Part shown: one piece after another, positions 1 through 7,745 of the stretch
Numbering within the stretch: the first letter of the stretch is position 1
Layout: each line of letters starts with the position of its first letter
Source of the DNA: Nostoc punctiforme PCC 73102
Lineage (GTDB): Bacteria; Cyanobacteriota; Cyanobacteriia; Cyanobacteriales; Nostocaceae
Assembly (NCBI RefSeq): GCF_000020025.1
Contig: NC_010632.1
Span: forward strand, 90,001-122,000
Length of the DNA: 32,000 nucleotides
Direction of reading: 5' to 3'
Notes under the pieces: model-generated
Seen by the model: the letters and a program-made list of their open reading frames with translations, nothing else
What the model was told of the DNA's origin: nothing
Databases searched by the model: none
Position numbers and translations under genes: made by a program

Positions 1-432
1 TTTGATTATGTAACTAGACAAAAAATGGGTGGGACTGACTTTAGTTATTTTATTCTTAAACAACTACCTGTTATTCCTCCAGAAGCATATACTCAAGCAA
101 ATATTGAGTTTATTAACACTCGTATAATCGAATTAGTCTACACCGCCTGGGATATGCAACCCTTCGCCAAAGACATGGGATACAACGGCGAACCCTTTAT
201 TTGGAACAGCAATAGACGTGCATTATTAAAAGCAGAATTGGACGCATATTACGCCAAACTCTACGGACTTACCCGTGATGAACTGCGGTATATTCTTGAC
301 CCTGCGGATGTATATGGTGAAGACTTTCCTAGCGAAACATTCCGTGTCTTGAAGAATAACGAAATTAAGCAGTTTGGGGAATATCGTACACAAAGATTAG
401 TTTTAGAGGCATGGGACAGAATGTTTGGATAA
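1..432 (+). CDS. C-terminal end of a large N6-adenine DNA methyltransferase / type IIG RM-like defence methylase (5' part outside window)
   Basis: The frame is open from nt 1 (FDYVTRQK precedes the first Met at 25) and stops at 430-432. The tail LPVIPPEAY...ELDAYYAKLYGLTRDELRYILDP...FRVLKNNEIKQFGEYRTQRLVLEAWDRM matches, from memory, the conserved C-terminus of Eco57I-like/type IIG and defence-island adenine methylases. No catalytic motif lies inside the window, so the call rests on the tail only. Confidence 0.5.
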   Translation, partial: FDYVTRQKMGGTDFSYFILKQLPVIPPEAYTQANIEFINTRIIELVYTAWDMQPFAKDMGYNGEPFIWNSNRRALLKAELDAYYAKLYGLTRDELRYILDPADVYGEDFPSETFRVLKNNEIKQFGEYRTQRLVLEAWDRMFG

Positions 433-459
433 GCTAAAATATTATGTTTATTTGCTCAC

Positions 460-933
460 TTGATTAAATTTCAACTTTTTTCTATGTTTAACAACAACGA
501 TCTTATAGAGAAAAATAAAGAACTCAAAGAACAAATAAAAAATTCTAGAGATGCTTATCAAGCTAGATTCATCCGCAATCAGTACACAAATAATCTCATC
601 ATAGCTTTATCACTTATATTAAAAGTTCTAATTGCCGTAACTGGTACTAGCCCAGCTTTTAAAGATGCTAAAAACCCTTGGGCTGCTCCACTTGGAGTTT
701 CAGCCTCAGCTTGGTTAGGGCTAATATCAACTGCACTTGTAAGTATTCAAAGACTTTACAACATTCAAGAAAAAATTGCTTTCTATCCTGCTTATATAGT
801 TAAAGCTGAAGAACTACTTGAAGATTTTAATGCTATTACAAACCAAGAAGAACTAGAGTCTGTACGCAAGCAATTTAGACAAATGCGTGCAGATGAGGCA
901 CTCAAGCGACCTATAGAACGTTCAAATATTTAA
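460..933 (+). CDS. Small two-transmembrane-helix protein, SLATT/DUF4231-like
   Basis: 157-aa ORF with a TTG start at 460 (alternative ATG at 484). It sits 27 nt after the methylase stop and 13 nt before the helicase start. Layout: N-terminal amphipathic helix, two hydrophobic segments (LIIALSLILKVLIAVTG and SAWLGLISTALVSI), then a helical tail (LYNIQEKIAFYPAYIVKAEELLEDF). This is the SLATT 2TM effector architecture as I recall it. Confidence 0.55.
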   Translation: MIKFQLFSMFNNNDLIEKNKELKEQIKNSRDAYQARFIRNQYTNNLIIALSLILKVLIAVTGTSPAFKDAKNPWAAPLGVSASAWLGLISTALVSIQRLYNIQEKIAFYPAYIVKAEELLEDFNAITNQEELESVRKQFRQMRADEALKRPIERSNI

Positions 934-946
934 AACTCTAAAAATA

Positions 947-3900
947 ATGAAACTCCCAATTAAACTTCAGGACTTATTACAGCAAAATGAAAGTGCAATT
1001 GTAGCAGCCAGCACGTTTCTTAGCCAAAAACTAGCATTGTTAGATTGTACAGGTGTGGTAACTGTCACTTCTGAACAATTAGCTCTGTTATTTTCTAGCA
1101 TTCCTGAAGATTGGGATTTCCAAGAATTTGAAGAACTTCTCAACATATCTACTGTTAATCCTATTTTCTATCACCAACTGCAAGAATGGATTAATCAGCG
1201 ATTAGGAAATACTCAAGCCGAACCTCCAAGTACGAATGAAGAATTAGCAAATACTAACGATCTCGATATTTTTAACTTCCGCAACGAGGTAATAGACGAC
1301 TACCGCCGTTATATAGAAAGCTTTCTCAAAATCCGCGATCGCAAAGTCAAAGAATTTGTAGATGCAGAATTAGACAAGGGACAACTTTGGACTGATCCCT
1401 TAGTACAACTCAATCCCAGTTATAAAAAAGGTGCAACAGCCAAAGAATTAGTACAACAGCAAATTCTTCATCCAGACTCTGAGAAATACTTTTGTAGAAA
1501 AGACGGTACACCTTTTACTTTTCACTACCACCAAAAGCAAGCATTTGAAACTGCACAACGCCAACAACCTTACGTTGTTACCACAGGAACAGGTTCCGGT
1601 AAAAGCATGACTTACGTCGTGCCGATCTTTGATGATTTATTGCGTCATCCCGAAATTTTAGGAGTCAGGGCAATATTGGTTTATCCCATGAATGCCTTGA
1701 TTAACTCACAAAAAGAAGAACTCGACAAATTTTTACGCCAAGTTCCGAATACTCATATTCGTGTTGAAAAATACACTGGGCAAGAAAGTTTAACCAGGAA
1801 AACCGAAATTCAAAACAATCCACCCCATATTTTACTCACCAACTATGTGATGTTAGAGTTAATGCTCTCACGCACTCACGAAAATAAACTGGTAGAGTCT
1901 CCCAATTTAAAATTCCTGGTACTGGATGAATTACACACCTATCGGGGACGACAAGGCGCAGATGTTGCTATATTGATCCGCAAACTCCGTCAGCGTAGCA
2001 AAAGTAATGACGAATTACTCTGCATTGGTACAAGTGCCACTATGTCAACGGTCGGTTCCCGCGAACAACGCCGTCAGGTTGTGGCAGATGTCGCTAGTAA
2101 GTTATTTGGCGTGGAAATTAAACCCAGTAATGTCATTGATGAAACCCTAGAACGTTCTATCCAACGTGTTGAACCCACTATTGAACAACTGTGCCAAGGA
2201 ATCTTGGCAGGTTTACCAACCGAGTTAGAACAAACACTAACAGAATTCCGAAACCACTCCTTGAGCCACTGGATCGAGATGAACTTCGGTTTAGAAGAAA
2301 GAGAAGGGCATCTCGTTCGCCGTCAACCCATCAGCTTAGAAACAGGTGCAACTAAACTTGCCGAACAAACCCAGCTTGTAGAGGAAACTTGTTTAACAGT
2401 CCTCAAACAGATGTTCCTTTGGGGAAGCAAAACTAATGGACTTGCCTTTCGCCTACATCAGTTCATTTCTCAAGGGGGAAGCGTTTACGCCACTATTGAA
2501 AATCGAGACAAACGCCATTTAACCCTTGAAGGTCAATATACAACCACCGACAACCGCCTACTTTATCCCCTCGTTTTTTGCCGGGAATGCGGACAGGATT
2601 ACTATGTCGTGCGCTACGATGCCGATAAGCATATTATCCTGCCCCAATTGCCCACTGCATTAGATATTAGTCCTGATGATGCAGATATTACCGAAGGTTA
2701 TCTTACCCTCGATGAACCAGAACTGTGGGATACAAGCGATGAAGATAGACTTCCTGACTCTTGGTTTAGTGAAACCAAAAAGAAAGGACGGGTTGCCAAA
2801 AAAGACTTTGTACGGTTTATTCCTCGCAAACTCCAAATTCTACCTAATGGTAAAGTTACATCCTCCCTGTTGCAAGAAACCACTTGTTGGTTTATTCCCA
2901 AACCATTTTTAACCTGTCTCAACTGCGGTGTACTTCATGACAAAAAGCGAAACGAATTTGCTAAACTCTCTCGCCTCAGTAGTGAAGGACGCAGTACCGC
3001 TACCACTCTACTTTGTCTTTCTACCACTAGCCGCCTCAAGCAAGTATTTACAGGGGAAAAAGCCAAAGCTGCCAAAATCCTCAGTTTTACCGATAACCGT
3101 CAAGATGCGTCTTTACAAGCGGGGCATTTCAATGATTTTGTCCAAACCAGTTTCTTACGGGCTGCACTTTTAGGAGCAATTCAAGCCAAAGGGAAACTCA
3201 CCCATAGCGAATTAGCTAGTGTAGTCGTCCAATACATGGGAATTACTCAAAACGACTATGCCAAACAAGCAGCAGAATTTGGTGTCGGGAAGCGTCGCAA
3301 TGAAGAAGCCTTTCGTAAACTGATTGAATATCGTCTTTACGAAGACTTGCGTCGGGGGTGGCGCATTGTTCAACCCAACCTCGAACAGTGTGGACTGTTG
3401 ATAATTGAATATGACGGACTTCAAGAAGCCTGTGCTGACAACAACCTTTGGCAAAAACACCGCCATCCTCTTTTACTACAAGCTACTCCGCAACAACGTT
3501 TCATCATTACCCAAGCATTCCTCAACCATTTGCGACGAGAATTGGCAATTGATGCCAAACTTTTACAGCCAGATCAGAAAGATTCACTCAAAAGCGAAGT
3601 CATTCAAGCTCTTAAAGAACCTTGGGTATTCGATGAGAACGAATATTTATACTTAGCAACTTGGGCAACTATTAGCACTGGTGGTAATGAAAAAGCGAAA
3701 GTTAAACTTACTACTAGAAGTAAGATTGGACGATTTTTGCGATCGCCAAATACATGGTCGCTCCGCAGCCAACTTTTAACAGATGTAGAGTTCAACAGCT
3801 TAATCACTACTTTAATTGATGCTTTGTGTGATGCTGGCTACCTAGTGCAAGAAAAATCTGAGGTACAGCTACGCATAGACTCACTATTATGGAAAGCAAC

Positions 3901-6295
3901 CAATCTCAAGGAAATCCCTACCGATCCCTTAACATCCCGCCGCTTGCAGGGTAACGATAAACCCAATATTTCGGTTAACCAATTTTTCCAAGGTTTTTAC
4001 CAAACCAACGCCTTGCAAATCCAAACAATGGAAGGGCGAGAACATACCGGACAGGTAAGCAACAAAGACCGTCAAGAACGGGAAGAAAAATTCCGTCAAG
4101 GACAATTAGCTGCATTGTTTTGTTCTCCAACAATGGAATTAGGCATCGACATTTCCGACCTTAGCGTTGTCCATCTCCGAAACGTTCCTCCCAGCCCCGC
4201 TAATTACGCCCAACGTAGCGGTCGTGCTGGTAGAAGCGGACAGCAAGCTTTAGTCATTACTTATGCTTCCATTGGTAGCGGTCACGATCAATACTTTTTC
4301 AAACGACAAAATCAAATGGTTGCTGGGGTAGTTGCTCCACCAAAATTAGAATTGGCCAACCAGGATTTAATTAAATCTCATGTTTACTCGATTTGGCTGG
4401 CACATACTGGGGTTTACTTGGAAGATTCCATGAATAAAATCTTGGATTTAGAATTAGAAAACTATCCCCTCAAAGACAGCATTCGCCAACAACTTACCCT
4501 GAGCCAAGCCAAATTAACCCAATGTCTGCAAGCTGCCCAATCTATCTTCTCAGACTTTTTCTGCCAAGAGGATCTACAAAAAGCTTCTTGGTATTCTGTA
4601 AATTGGTTACAGAATACCATCGAAAATGCTCTGAATGCTTTTGACCGTGCCTGTAAGCGTTGGCGAGATTTATATATAGAGTCAGTTAAACAGTTAGAAT
4701 CTGCCCGTCGCACTATTGACCGTTTTGCTAGAGGTGATATTGCCCAGGAAGAACGTAACAATGCCGAAGCTCAGGCACGAGAAGCACAACGACAAATTGA
4801 TTTACTCGTAGGACACAGCCAAGGTAAGAGTAATTCCCAGTTTGAATTTTATCCCTATCGTTACTTTGCTGCCGAAGGGTTTTTACCAGGGTTCAACTTC
4901 CCCCGTCTGCCAGTCCGAGCATTTATTCCGGCTGGTGAAGGTGGTGAATTCATCTCTCGCCCTCGCTCAATGGCATTACGGGAATTTGCTCCCAATAATA
5001 TCCTTTACTACGAAGGTAGTAAATTCATGGTGGCCAAAACAAAAGTTCCCGTTGGGGGCATTGAAGGCGAGTATAAACGGGTGAGTGTCTGCGCTAACTG
5101 CGGGTATTACCACGACGGCGATTTTCGTGACACTTGTGAAAACTGCGGTGCAGAAATTAAACCTGATGCTCATGGCAATGTAGCCAAATTGACTCGTGTA
5201 CTGCCAATGGAAACTGCGATCGCTCGTCGTCGAGAACGCATTACCTGCGATGAAGAGGAACGGCTCAAGTACGGCTACAACATCACCACTCATTTCCGCT
5301 ACGCTAGCCAAAAGCGGGAATCAGCTATTGTTCAAGCTGCTGACGGTACGCCATTGTTCAAGTTAACCTATGGAGCTACAGCTACCATTTGGCGAATTAA
5401 TCGGGGACTGAAGAAGAATAGAGAAGAACGAGGATTTAAGCTCAATCCAACAACGGGTGTATGGGGCGACCATAAAAATCCACAGGCTCAACAGACACCC
5501 GATAGCTTGCATACCGAAGTGAATTTAATGGTCGATGATACTTGCAATATCTTGATTGTTGAGCCATTAAATGTTCCTGTTGAGGATAGAGAAGCTTTTA
5601 TTGCCACCCTGCAATACACTTTGGAAACTGCAATTCAAGCCGTTTACAAATTAGAAGCTGATGAACTCGACTCCGAACGACTAGGCGAAGGCAAGTATTT
5701 ACTGTTCTGGGAAGCTGCTGAAGGTGGTGCAGGTGTACTCTCTCAGCTATTAGAAAAACCAGAGGCATTTAGAAAAATTGCTGATGCAGCTTTCGACATT
5801 TGTCATTTTACACAACCTAAAGACAGTTGTATTCAAGCTTGCTATGAATGTTTGCTTTCTTACCGCAATCAATTTGATCATGCACTGATAAATCGTCATT
5901 TAATCAAACCTTGGCTTGACCTCTTACTGGAGAGTAGCGTTATTACTCAAGTCAAAGGGCTTTCTCGCGATCAGCAATATCAAAAATTGCTGGAACAGAC
6001 AGATCCTAACTCTGATTTTGAGCGTGTGGTTTTGCAAGAGATTTATCAACGGGGCTACAAATTACCCGATGCCGCACAGCAATTTATTCCAGAAGCAAAC
6101 TGTAAGCCAGATTTTGTTTATGAGGAGGAGGCGATCGCTGTTTTTTGTGACGGTTCTGTTCATGATAGCCCCGATCAGCGCAAGCAAGATAAAATTGAGC
6201 GCGATAATCTTAGGTATAATACTGGCTATACTGTGCTGACATTACGTCATGATGAGGATTGGCAAACAAAATTGGATATTTTAGCGGGTCTATAA
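947..6295 (+). CDS. Giant DExH-box SF2 helicase fused to MrfA/DUF1998-type Zn-binding domain and C-terminal DUF559/Vsr-like endonuclease domain
   Basis: 1782-aa ORF. Helicase motifs: TGTGSGKS (Walker A), DELH (motif II), TSAT (motif III), QRSGRAGR (motif VI). Cys pairs: CRECGQDYY/CLNCGVLH and CANCGYYHDG...CENCG. These are followed by EAAEGGAGVL and CIQACYECLLSYRNQFDH, which is DUF1998-like. The C-terminus KPDFVYEEEAIAVFCDGSVHD...RDNLRYNTGYTVLTLRHDE resembles the DUF559 PD-(D/E)xK fold. Confidence 0.9.
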   Translation: MKLPIKLQDLLQQNESAIVAASTFLSQKLALLDCTGVVTVTSEQLALLFSSIPEDWDFQEFEELLNISTVNPIFYHQLQEWINQRLGNTQAEPPSTNEELANTNDLDIFNFRNEVIDDYRRYIESFLKIRDRKVKEFVDAELDKGQLWTDPLVQLNPSYKKGATAKELVQQQILHPDSEKYFCRKDGTPFTFHYHQKQAFETAQRQQPYVVTTGTGSGKSMTYVVPIFDDLLRHPEILGVRAILVYPMNALINSQKEELDKFLRQVPNTHIRVEKYTGQESLTRKTEIQNNPPHILLTNYVMLELMLSRTHENKLVESPNLKFLVLDELHTYRGRQGADVAILIRKLRQRSKSNDELLCIGTSATMSTVGSREQRRQVVADVASKLFGVEIKPSNVIDETLERSIQRVEPTIEQLCQGILAGLPTELEQTLTEFRNHSLSHWIEMNFGLEEREGHLVRRQPISLETGATKLAEQTQLVEETCLTVLKQMFLWGSKTNGLAFRLHQFISQGGSVYATIENRDKRHLTLEGQYTTTDNRLLYPLVFCRECGQDYYVVRYDADKHIILPQLPTALDISPDDADITEGYLTLDEPELWDTSDEDRLPDSWFSETKKKGRVAKKDFVRFIPRKLQILPNGKVTSSLLQETTCWFIPKPFLTCLNCGVLHDKKRNEFAKLSRLSSEGRSTATTLLCLSTTSRLKQVFTGEKAKAAKILSFTDNRQDASLQAGHFNDFVQTSFLRAALLGAIQAKGKLTHSELASVVVQYMGITQNDYAKQAAEFGVGKRRNEEAFRKLIEYRLYEDLRRGWRIVQPNLEQCGLLIIEYDGLQEACADNNLWQKHRHPLLLQATPQQRFIITQAFLNHLRRELAIDAKLLQPDQKDSLKSEVIQALKEPWVFDENEYLYLATWATISTGGNEKAKVKLTTRSKIGRFLRSPNTWSLRSQLLTDVEFNSLITTLIDALCDAGYLVQEKSEVQLRIDSLLWKATNLKEIPTDPLTSRRLQGNDKPNISVNQFFQGFYQTNALQIQTMEGREHTGQVSNKDRQEREEKFRQGQLAALFCSPTMELGIDISDLSVVHLRNVPPSPANYAQRSGRAGRSGQQALVITYASIGSGHDQYFFKRQNQMVAGVVAPPKLELANQDLIKSHVYSIWLAHTGVYLEDSMNKILDLELENYPLKDSIRQQLTLSQAKLTQCLQAAQSIFSDFFCQEDLQKASWYSVNWLQNTIENALNAFDRACKRWRDLYIESVKQLESARRTIDRFARGDIAQEERNNAEAQAREAQRQIDLLVGHSQGKSNSQFEFYPYRYFAAEGFLPGFNFPRLPVRAFIPAGEGGEFISRPRSMALREFAPNNILYYEGSKFMVAKTKVPVGGIEGEYKRVSVCANCGYYHDGDFRDTCENCGAEIKPDAHGNVAKLTRVLPMETAIARRRERITCDEEERLKYGYNITTHFRYASQKRESAIVQAADGTPLFKLTYGATATIWRINRGLKKNREERGFKLNPTTGVWGDHKNPQAQQTPDSLHTEVNLMVDDTCNILIVEPLNVPVEDREAFIATLQYTLETAIQAVYKLEADELDSERLGEGKYLLFWEAAEGGAGVLSQLLEKPEAFRKIADAAFDICHFTQPKDSCIQACYECLLSYRNQFDHALINRHLIKPWLDLLLESSVITQVKGLSRDQQYQKLLEQTDPNSDFERVVLQEIYQRGYKLPDAAQQFIPEANCKPDFVYEEEAIAVFCDGSVHDSPDQRKQDKIERDNLRYNTGYTVLTLRHDEDWQTKLDILAGL

Positions 6296-6335
6296 CCTAT
6301 ACTAAATTCTGTTATTTCTACTTGATAAAAAGTTT

Positions 6336-7739
6336 TTAGCCAAATCCACGATTGGAACTACTTGAATTTCTAGTATTCCCACTTGCTTTGATTTTTACAA
6401 TGTGGATTGTCTCTGCCATAACTTGACCATTCTTTTCGATTTGACAGGTCATGCGGTGATTACCTTTATAGGCTGTGCTTGTCCACTTTGTGGTTGCGCT
6501 ATCGCTGCTTTCCCAACAAAGCTGTTCTGCCTCTTGTGCTTCATCTCCTTCGTTATTAACGATCCATCGTACACTATAGGGCTGTGGTACATTTGTTGAC
6601 ACGACAGTAAATTTGAGTGCAACACCTTTCGGTAAGATAGAGCTTCCACTCAAATAGTGCTTATAAGTCGGCCCATTTTCATATTTGGCGAGATCACAAC
6701 GAATTGTTAGATTGTATCTTGCTATAGCAATTACATCGCCAAAGTCAATAACCTTTTTACTCTCTTTCGCCACCCAAAATTGATGGTTAAAAACCCAATC
6801 CCAAGCCGAACGTGCTTTTTCTCTTGTACATGAATGGTTAAATAATACCTCAAGTTTATCAATTGCAACTTTAAGATTATCCCGAAGCCGAATAACTTGA
6901 TTTAATATTTCAGTTTTACCAGTTAGTTCCTGTGACTTATCAACTGGATTGTACACTTTACAAGAGACTGTTAACCGATTATGTAAAGCTACCATAGTGT
7001 CGTAAAGTGCAATATCGTCACGCTCACCGTTCGGTTTGTAAACTCCTGACTCAGCTATTAGTGTTGAGACAATCATGCCACCAGGTAAGCTCCAAGAGAT
7101 TCGGGAACGGCAAAACCATTTTAAAAAACGTACAATACGACGCATTTGCCCTTCTTTAACTTTGGGGTAATACCCAAGTATAAAATTGGCTTTTGGGCTG
7201 AATGTGTCAACACATTCAGCAAACCAATTATTAATCTGCATTGGATCTCGGCGTTTCCACTCTGTACTGGCGTGTTCGATACGTTTTATGCCAAATTCAT
7301 CTATATAGGTACGGTAGATTGCAAAGTCAATATGGTAGCCTTCTGCATACCAAACTGTAACTGCATTAGTACGAGCCTCTGGTTCTTTTGTAAAATTAGT
7401 GCAGCGTTTATATAAAGCGTCACGTACACGTTGGCGTGCTTTGAGTGGGTTTTCTGGTATTTCGTCTCTATGAAAAATTAGAGCAATATCAATATCGTAG
7501 TCATTATCATTATTTGGATCTTTATTAAGAGTATGCATGGCATAGCCACCTTGATTCTTAGAATCATAGGGATGTGGATGTAGACAATTAGTTTCTTTTT
7601 TAAGATCGTCTAATCCATTTTTAAGTCTGGTAATATTTAGATCCCGATAGCCAGCAAGCTGTTGTCTTAGTTCTCCTCCAAGACGAACATGATGGTCATA
7701 AAAATACTGTAAATCATTGGATATGTCATACATGAACAT
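6336..7739 (-). CDS. SMODS / CD-NTase-like nucleotidyltransferase with C-terminal AGS-C-like beta-rich sensor domain
   Basis: 467-aa ORF that starts 6 nt after the upstream stop. It has an N-terminal helix typical of CD-NTases. The Pol-beta NTase signature is GGYAMHT...DYDIDIA, with a third acidic strand YHIDFAIY and RDPMQINNWF. The tail (last ~135 aa: PYSVRWIVNNEGDEA...YKGNHRMTCQIEKNGQVMAE) resembles the AGS-C domain fused to SMODS enzymes and cyclases. Confidence 0.75.
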   Translation of the reverse strand: MFMYDISNDLQYFYDHHVRLGGELRQQLAGYRDLNITRLKNGLDDLKKETNCLHPHPYDSKNQGGYAMHTLNKDPNNDNDYDIDIALIFHRDEIPENPLKARQRVRDALYKRCTNFTKEPEARTNAVTVWYAEGYHIDFAIYRTYIDEFGIKRIEHASTEWKRRDPMQINNWFAECVDTFSPKANFILGYYPKVKEGQMRRIVRFLKWFCRSRISWSLPGGMIVSTLIAESGVYKPNGERDDIALYDTMVALHNRLTVSCKVYNPVDKSQELTGKTEILNQVIRLRDNLKVAIDKLEVLFNHSCTREKARSAWDWVFNHQFWVAKESKKVIDFGDVIAIARYNLTIRCDLAKYENGPTYKHYLSGSSILPKGVALKFTVVSTNVPQPYSVRWIVNNEGDEAQEAEQLCWESSDSATTKWTSTAYKGNHRMTCQIEKNGQVMAETIHIVKIKASGNTRNSSSSNRGFG

Positions 7740-7745
7740 ATAATT

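Noticed and set aside
2676-5311. Cluster of 67-111-aa ORFs on both strands inside the helicase gene (2676..2912, 2698..2922, 2928..3173, 3212..3466, 3405..3656, 3604..3807, 4462..4761, 4842..5084, 4976..5311; also 5916..6239)
   Set aside because: All lie wholly inside the 1782-aa ORF, which has strong helicase/DUF1998 motifs. Their translations are low-complexity or Cys/Leu-rich frame shadows with no motifs.
6402-7415. Short ORFs overlapping the nucleotidyltransferase gene (6402..6599, 6449..6649, 7146..7415)
   Set aside because: They are embedded in or antisense to a motif-bearing 467-aa ORF, with no independent signals.
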